From an uncultured cyanobacterium (lineage in GTDB: Bacteria; Cyanobacteriota; Cyanobacteriia; Pseudanabaenales; Pseudanabaenaceae): a DNA stretch of 64,000 nt. Under the pieces are notes generated by a model that saw only the letters and a list, made by a program, of their open reading frames with translations, made no database searches and was not told the origin of the DNA. The translations under genes and the position numbers were made by a program. The stretch covers positions 1,536,001-1,600,000 of the forward strand of contig OY969811.1 in the NCBI GenBank assembly GCA_963703315.1, written 5' to 3'. This document shows, in pieces, positions 60,109 through 64,000 of this stretch. The first letter of the stretch is position 1. Each line of letters opens with the position of its first letter.

Positions 60109-60232
60109 GAACAGCGATCGCATTTAAGAGCAACGGCAAACCCTCCCTAGAATGAATTATGGAACGCGATCGCCTCACCCGCGACAAACATAAAACATAG
60201 CGGAATTACCAACAATCCCAACGACCAATCAA

Positions 60233-60302
60233 GCGATCGCGCTACATCCTCGACCTCGTTAAGTGCGAGTCGGTTAAAATCGTGAATACCTTACCACCAT
60301 TA
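60233..60302 (+). repeat. TA-cassette boundary repeat, copy 1 (internally shortened)
   Basis: gcgatcgcgctacatcctcgacctcgttaagtgcga-gtcggttaaaatcgtgaataccttaccaccatt. Confidence 0.85.
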
Positions 60303-60320
60303 CAGGAGAACAGACACACC

Positions 60321-60542
60321 ATGCTTAAACCGATCACCCTTCAAGTCGAAGCCCCCATCGCCGAGGCATATCAAAATATAACCCCAGAAAATCGTCAAGC
60401 CTTGCAAACACTTGTCAGCATCTTTTTACAATGTATTTCCCCACCAACCCCACTACAAAAAGTAGTCCAAGAGATTCGTTTAGAAGCACAACAAAATGGA
60501 CTTACTCCCGAAATCTTAGAGGAAATCCTCAAGGATGACTAA
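60321..60542 (+). CDS. Antitoxin-like protein
   Basis: AGGAG RBS; ITLQVE..IAEAYQ, EI..EAQQNGLTPEILEEIL; overlaps the PIN gene. Confidence 0.7.
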   Translation: MLKPITLQVEAPIAEAYQNITPENRQALQTLVSIFLQCISPPTPLQKVVQEIRLEAQQNGLTPEILEEILKDD

Positions 60543-60966
60543 ACTAAGATTAGTAATCGATACCAACATCTTGATCAGTGGCTTAATGTCTGTAAATTCT
60601 TTGCCCCAGCAGGTTTTCGACTATGCCACATCTCAAGCAATACTCCTGATATCAGATGAAGTTCAATCAGAAATAGAAAACGTCATCAGCCGCCCAAAAC
60701 TCCAAAAATACATCACCTTAGAAAGACGTACTACATTTTTAAGTGAGTTAAGTCAGCAGGTCGAAAGAGTCACAATCAACCAGCAAATTCGAGCCTGTCG
60801 AGATCCCAAAGATGACAAGTTCCTAGAGTTAGCTGTCTGCGGTGAAGCTAACTACATCATTACAGGCGATGCCGATCTTTTAGATTTACATCCATTCCAA
60901 AATATTTCTATCCTTAAAGCCGCTAGTTTTTTAACTGCGATCGCGCTACATCCTCGACCTCGTTAA
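60535..60966 (+). CDS. PIN-family toxin (putative TA toxin component)
   Basis: LVIDTNILISGL, CRDPKDDKFLELA..G.A.YIITGD.DLL.L.PF; stop codon lies inside repeat copy 2. Confidence 0.9.
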   Translation: MTKLRLVIDTNILISGLMSVNSLPQQVFDYATSQAILLISDEVQSEIENVISRPKLQKYITLERRTTFLSELSQQVERVTINQQIRACRDPKDDKFLELAVCGEANYIITGDADLLDLHPFQNISILKAASFLTAIALHPRPR

Positions 60967-61025
60967 GTGCGATCGCGAGTGTCAGCATCGAGTCAGTTAA
61001 AATAATTAATAGCTTGCCCCCATTG
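60937..61025 (+). repeat. TA-cassette boundary repeat, copy 2
   Basis: gcgatcgcgctacatcctcgacctcgttaagtgcgatcgc...gagtcagttaaaat...aatagcttgcccccattg. Confidence 0.85.
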
Positions 61026-61080
61026 CAGAAAAAGTAAACTCAACCTTGCATAATCTAGAATTTATTTGAGGTAAACCATT

Positions 61081-61395
61081 ATGTTGCAACTAGAAATCAA
61101 ATCCGATGCACCCGATCTCGAAATCGTCCAAAACCTAGTCAGAGCCGCGATTGATGCAGAAATCAAAAACTTACAGCGATCGCTAGATAAAACTAATAAA
61201 TTTTTAAAAGAATTTGAAACCAAATATCAAATCTCCTCCGACCTTTTTCTCAGTGATTGGACTGCTGAAGACCTCAAAGGTGGTGACGAAGAATATGTGA
61301 GTTGGGCAGGTGAAGCCAAAATCAAGAAGAGACTAACTAGTTCTCTACAAAAGTTACAAGCGATCGAATATGTTACTCAACAACTATCAATCTAA
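61081..61395 (+). CDS. Antitoxin-like protein, partner of a DUF6516-type toxin
   Basis: LKEFETKYQISS..F...W, D.EY..WAGE; overlaps the downstream toxin remnant. Confidence 0.65.
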   Translation: MLQLEIKSDAPDLEIVQNLVRAAIDAEIKNLQRSLDKTNKFLKEFETKYQISSDLFLSDWTAEDLKGGDEEYVSWAGEAKIKKRLTSSLQKLQAIEYVTQQLSI

Positions 61396-61559
61396 CATCA
61401 TCTCCATTATTCAAAAATATGTAAATGATGGATGGATTCTATCCTTTAACTTTTCTGTTGATCCTAGATCATAAACATATCAAAGATAAAATCATTTCCT
61501 CTGAAATTCCAGATATTGAGCAAGTGATCCTAGAAATTATTACCGATTATTTAAGTTAA
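61370..61559 (+). pseudogene. Internally deleted DUF6516-like toxin remnant
   Basis: MLLNNYQ...FSVDPRS* then, in another frame, HKHIKDKIISSEIPDIEQVILEI...*; central part missing. Confidence 0.55.
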
Positions 61560-61596
61560 ATCCCTTATAGAAAGCGATCGCCTCACCCGTGATAAA

Positions 61597-61683
61597 GATC
61601 GCACTACATCCTCGACCTCGTTAAGTGCGATCGTCCGCGTAAGTGTCGAGTCCGTTAAAATTGTGAATAGCTTGCCACCATTG
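61597..61683 (+). repeat. TA-cassette boundary repeat, copy 3
   Basis: gatcgcactacatcctcgacctcgttaagtgcgatcg...gagtccgttaaaattgtgaatagcttgccaccattg. Confidence 0.85.
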
Positions 61684-61771
61684 AATGAACGCATATAATC
61701 GCCATGATATAGAGCAAACTTATAGTTACGCTATACTAGCTAATGATTCCAACTTTCGCAGGATTGGGAAA

Positions 61772-62029
61772 ATGAACATTGCTTTAAAGCCAGAACAGGA
61801 AAATTTTATTCTCGCCAAACTTCAAGATGGCAAGTATCAGAGTGTTGACTCTCTCCTAGCTTTTGCATTTCAACTACTAGAAGAACATGAAGCCAAACAA
61901 CAAAAGTTGAGCGAACTAAGAAAAAAAATTGCTGAAGGAATGGAGCAAATCAAACAAGGCGATGTCGTTGATGGTGAATTAGTATTTCAACAATTACAGG
62001 TCAAACTAGAGCAGATGAGTCAAAAATAA
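61772..62029 (+). CDS. ParD-like antitoxin
   Basis: MNIALKPEQE.FI...L..GKY.S, AFQLLEE, LRKKIAEG.EQ...G.VVDGE.VF. Confidence 0.85.
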   Translation: MNIALKPEQENFILAKLQDGKYQSVDSLLAFAFQLLEEHEAKQQKLSELRKKIAEGMEQIKQGDVVDGELVFQQLQVKLEQMSQK

Positions 62030-62041
62030 AAAAGATTCATT

Positions 62042-62353
62042 ATGTCTAGCTACTCCTTCTCAAAAATAGCCATCAAAGATCTAGACGATATCTGCACATT
62101 TATTGGACAGATCAATCCAAAAGCTGCGAGTAATCTATTTGATAATATTCGTCAAAAATGTAAGCTCGTTGCTAGTTTCCCCAACATGGGCAAAAACTAC
62201 ACTTGGATTGCTGCCAATTTGCGTGGTTTCACAATAGATGATTACATCGTCTTTTACTATCCTCGTAACGATGGCATTGATATCATTCGAGTGATATCTG
62301 GGAAACGAGATCTTGAGTCCATATTTGAAGAATTTACTGATGAAAATAATTAG
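62042..62353 (+). CDS. RelE/ParE family toxin
   Basis: A.KDL.DI..FI...NP.AA, FPNMG, LRGF....YIVFY, IDIIRVISG.RD. Confidence 0.9.
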   Translation: MSSYSFSKIAIKDLDDICTFIGQINPKAASNLFDNIRQKCKLVASFPNMGKNYTWIAANLRGFTIDDYIVFYYPRNDGIDIIRVISGKRDLESIFEEFTDENN

Positions 62354-62363
62354 TATCTTTTTA

Positions 62364-62523
62364 CGATGCCGATCTTTTAGATTTACATCCATTTCAAAAT
62401 ATTTCTATCATTAAAGCCGCTAGTTTTTTAACTGTGATCGCGCTACATTCTTGACCTCGTTAAGTGCGATCGCGCGAGTAAGTGTGGAGTCCGTTAAAAT
62501 TGTGAATAGCTTACTACCATTGA
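62364..62523 (+). repeat. Duplicate of the PIN gene 3' end plus boundary repeat copy 4
   Basis: cgatgccgatcttttagatttacatcc...gccgctagttttttaact nearly identical to 60867-60936, followed by the boundary repeat (62434-62523). Confidence 0.88.
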
Positions 62524-62608
62524 ATGAGAGATAGAAAATTTTGCTATAATTCACCATAATGGCACTTCATGAATTGCCCCTTACCATTACTAAAAACATC
62601 AACCCACC

Positions 62609-62767
62609 ATGAAAGCCTCTTTAATCAAGATCAAAAAACCTAGCAAAGAAGACCTCCTTGCTTTCCGCCGTTCTTCTCAAAAAATGGCTGAATTATTAAA
62701 AGCTCACGGCATTAGCGAAGACGACATCATTGCCGAATTTAACGCTCTGCGTAAACAAGCAAGATGA
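62609..62767 (+). CDS. Small antitoxin-like protein (52 aa, below ORF-track cutoff)
   Basis: Manual translation MKASLIKIKKPSKEDLLAFRRSSQKMAELLKAHGISEDDIIAEFNALRKQAR*. Confidence 0.55.
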   Translation: MKASLIKIKKPSKEDLLAFRRSSQKMAELLKAHGISEDDIIAEFNALRKQAR

Positions 62768-62927
62768 AGCGCAAAGACGCATTAAAGCAAGAGATCCTAA
62801 CGATTGGGAAGTGGTTGCCTTAGCCATGCACTTTGATTGTCCAATTTGGACAGAAGACAAAGACTTTTTTGGAATTGGCATCGCCACATGGAACAGCCAA
62901 AACGTAGAAATTTATCTTATGCAATGA
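62760..62927 (+). pseudogene. PIN-domain toxin C-terminal remnant
   Basis: EAQRRI..RDPNDW.VVALA....CPIWTEDKDFFG.GIATW; N-terminal acidic motif missing. Confidence 0.7.
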
Positions 62928-62978
62928 TTAGTAATCGATACCAATCACTGAGATTAGCGATCGCTATTACAAAAACAA

Positions 62979-63455
62979 CTAACCTTCAGGCAAAAAATCC
63001 TCATCTAGCGTTTGCTCAGGAGTAAAGGGAGACTCAATTGGGAAAGTGGCGATCGCTAATCCTGTTTCGGCACTAGCTAACTTCCTTGCACTTAGATAGC
63101 ACTCAGCAAACTCCTGCAAAAAATATCGCTTCAAGCTAGGACTATATTTAAAGGCTTTGTGCAATCTGAGGCGATGTTCGATAATCGTATAACGCCAACT
63201 ATTAGAGCGCTTAGCAGGCTGATATTTATATTTGAGAAGATGCATCAGCAAAACTTCTAAATTACTTTCGATCGCTTGTTTTTGACTGCCACCCATTCCT
63301 TCAAGTTCTGTAACTAAATTCTCAATATCTATCCCTGCAAAATTTTGCGATCGCAACAAATCAACTGCTTGATCTAACCAAAGAGCATAGTCTTGCTCAT
63401 ACAACGCTCCATGATTAGCCGCATCTGTAACTGTATTAGAGAAAGTAACAGTCAT
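62979..63455 (-). CDS. DUF29 family protein
   Basis: LYEQDY..W, D.ENL..ELE.MG.S, LL.HLLK..YQ, SW..TI...R, SPSL, P...PF..EQ.LD.DFLP. Confidence 0.92.
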   Translation of the reverse strand: MTVTFSNTVTDAANHGALYEQDYALWLDQAVDLLRSQNFAGIDIENLVTELEGMGGSQKQAIESNLEVLLMHLLKYKYQPAKRSNSWRYTIIEHRLRLHKAFKYSPSLKRYFLQEFAECYLSARKLASAETGLAIATFPIESPFTPEQTLDEDFLPEG

Positions 63456-63511
63456 ATATATGGTTTAGGCAAATCTTACTGAAAGTATAGCAAATACAAA
63501 TCCCTGTGATT

Positions 63512-64000
63512 CTACGCAAGTGATAGTTCACCCACTGCTTCTAATCGGCTATATTTGCCCACAGAAAGAAAAGACTCTTCTAAAGTCTGAGCAACGGTAG
63601 GATTAATCCATCCTAATTGTTTTAATAAATGGATAGAAGCCGCAATTTTGGCTCTTTTAGATCCATCCATCACCTTGATTGCTAACCCCAAACCTTCACC
63701 AATGCGCCCAATACATTGCACACCTTCTGCACCCGATTTACTGACAATTTCGCCATTAGTGAGACGCATTAGTTCTGTATCAAACTGACCATCTCCAGAA
63801 ACCATTTCAGGATGACGAGTCATAGCGCGAGTGATTCTCTCTAGATGCAATTGATCATGGTTAGAAAGTAACGCATAGAGTCGTGCTAGTTGGCTAATTT
63901 CTAATAGATACGTTGGCACACCGCAATCATCATGGGCGCAGATAAACTCAGCAGCAGGCATATGCAAGAGATCTGCCATTGTACTCAAAATCAGTTTCTG
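63512..64000 (-). CDS. L-asparaginase II family protein, 5'-truncated by window edge
   Basis: DDCGVPT, AM..HPEMV.G...FDT.LM, SKSGAEGV, GLAIKV.DG..RA. Confidence 0.88.
   Translation of the reverse strand, partial: QKLILSTMADLLHMPAAEFICAHDDCGVPTYLLEISQLARLYALLSNHDQLHLERITRAMTRHPEMVSGDGQFDTELMRLTNGEIVSKSGAEGVQCIGRIGEGLGLAIKVMDGSKRAKIAASIHLLKQLGWINPTVAQTLEESFLSVGKYSRLEAVGELSLA

Noticed and set aside
61685..61771. Long N-terminus for the ParD-like antitoxin (likewise 60282-60320 for the first antitoxin)
   Set aside because: These starts lie in or next to the boundary repeat; family-like sequence begins at 61772 and 60321.
60233..62523. Four similar repeats as a CRISPR array
   Set aside because: Repeats are 70-90 bp and degenerate, the intervals are 570-750 bp and contain genes, and no cas genes are present.

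Overview
Cyanobacterial chromosomal window. The octamer HIP1 (GCGATCGC) is very frequent and the gene set includes ndhB, cruA-like, bioU, recO, ilvA, pilD and a phycobiliprotein-like gene; the style suggests a Pseudanabaena-like strain, which is not provable from this window. Housekeeping genes alternate with accessory blocks: (i) a toxin-antitoxin/defence patch after ndhB (0.9-5 kb) with an Abi/HEPN gene next to a candidate small RNA, and an empty-versus-filled site pair pointing to insertion at a HIP1 site; (ii) an AAA-ATPase plus DUF4276 pair; (iii) an ~11.5 kb putative glucan/exopolysaccharide locus with an outer-membrane beta-barrel, REC-PP2C phosphatase, STAS protein, PilZ-less cellulose-synthase-like GT2, a giant 3xDUF3131+GH26-like protein and a second DUF3131 protein; (iv) a HIP1-poor three-gene operon of GHKL-ATPase/histidine-kinase fusion, receiver protein and ComEC-like MBL hydrolase, a candidate phosphorelay-controlled defence system, followed by (v) an array of TA cassettes separated by four copies of a ~70-90 bp HIP1-containing repeat. 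Intergenic regions carry many long perfect palindromes, some including the stop or start codons of both flanking genes, plus MITE/REP-like elements. Two genes have single-base frameshifts. No rRNA, complete tRNA or CRISPR array was seen. Family assignments come from motif recognition, not database searches.
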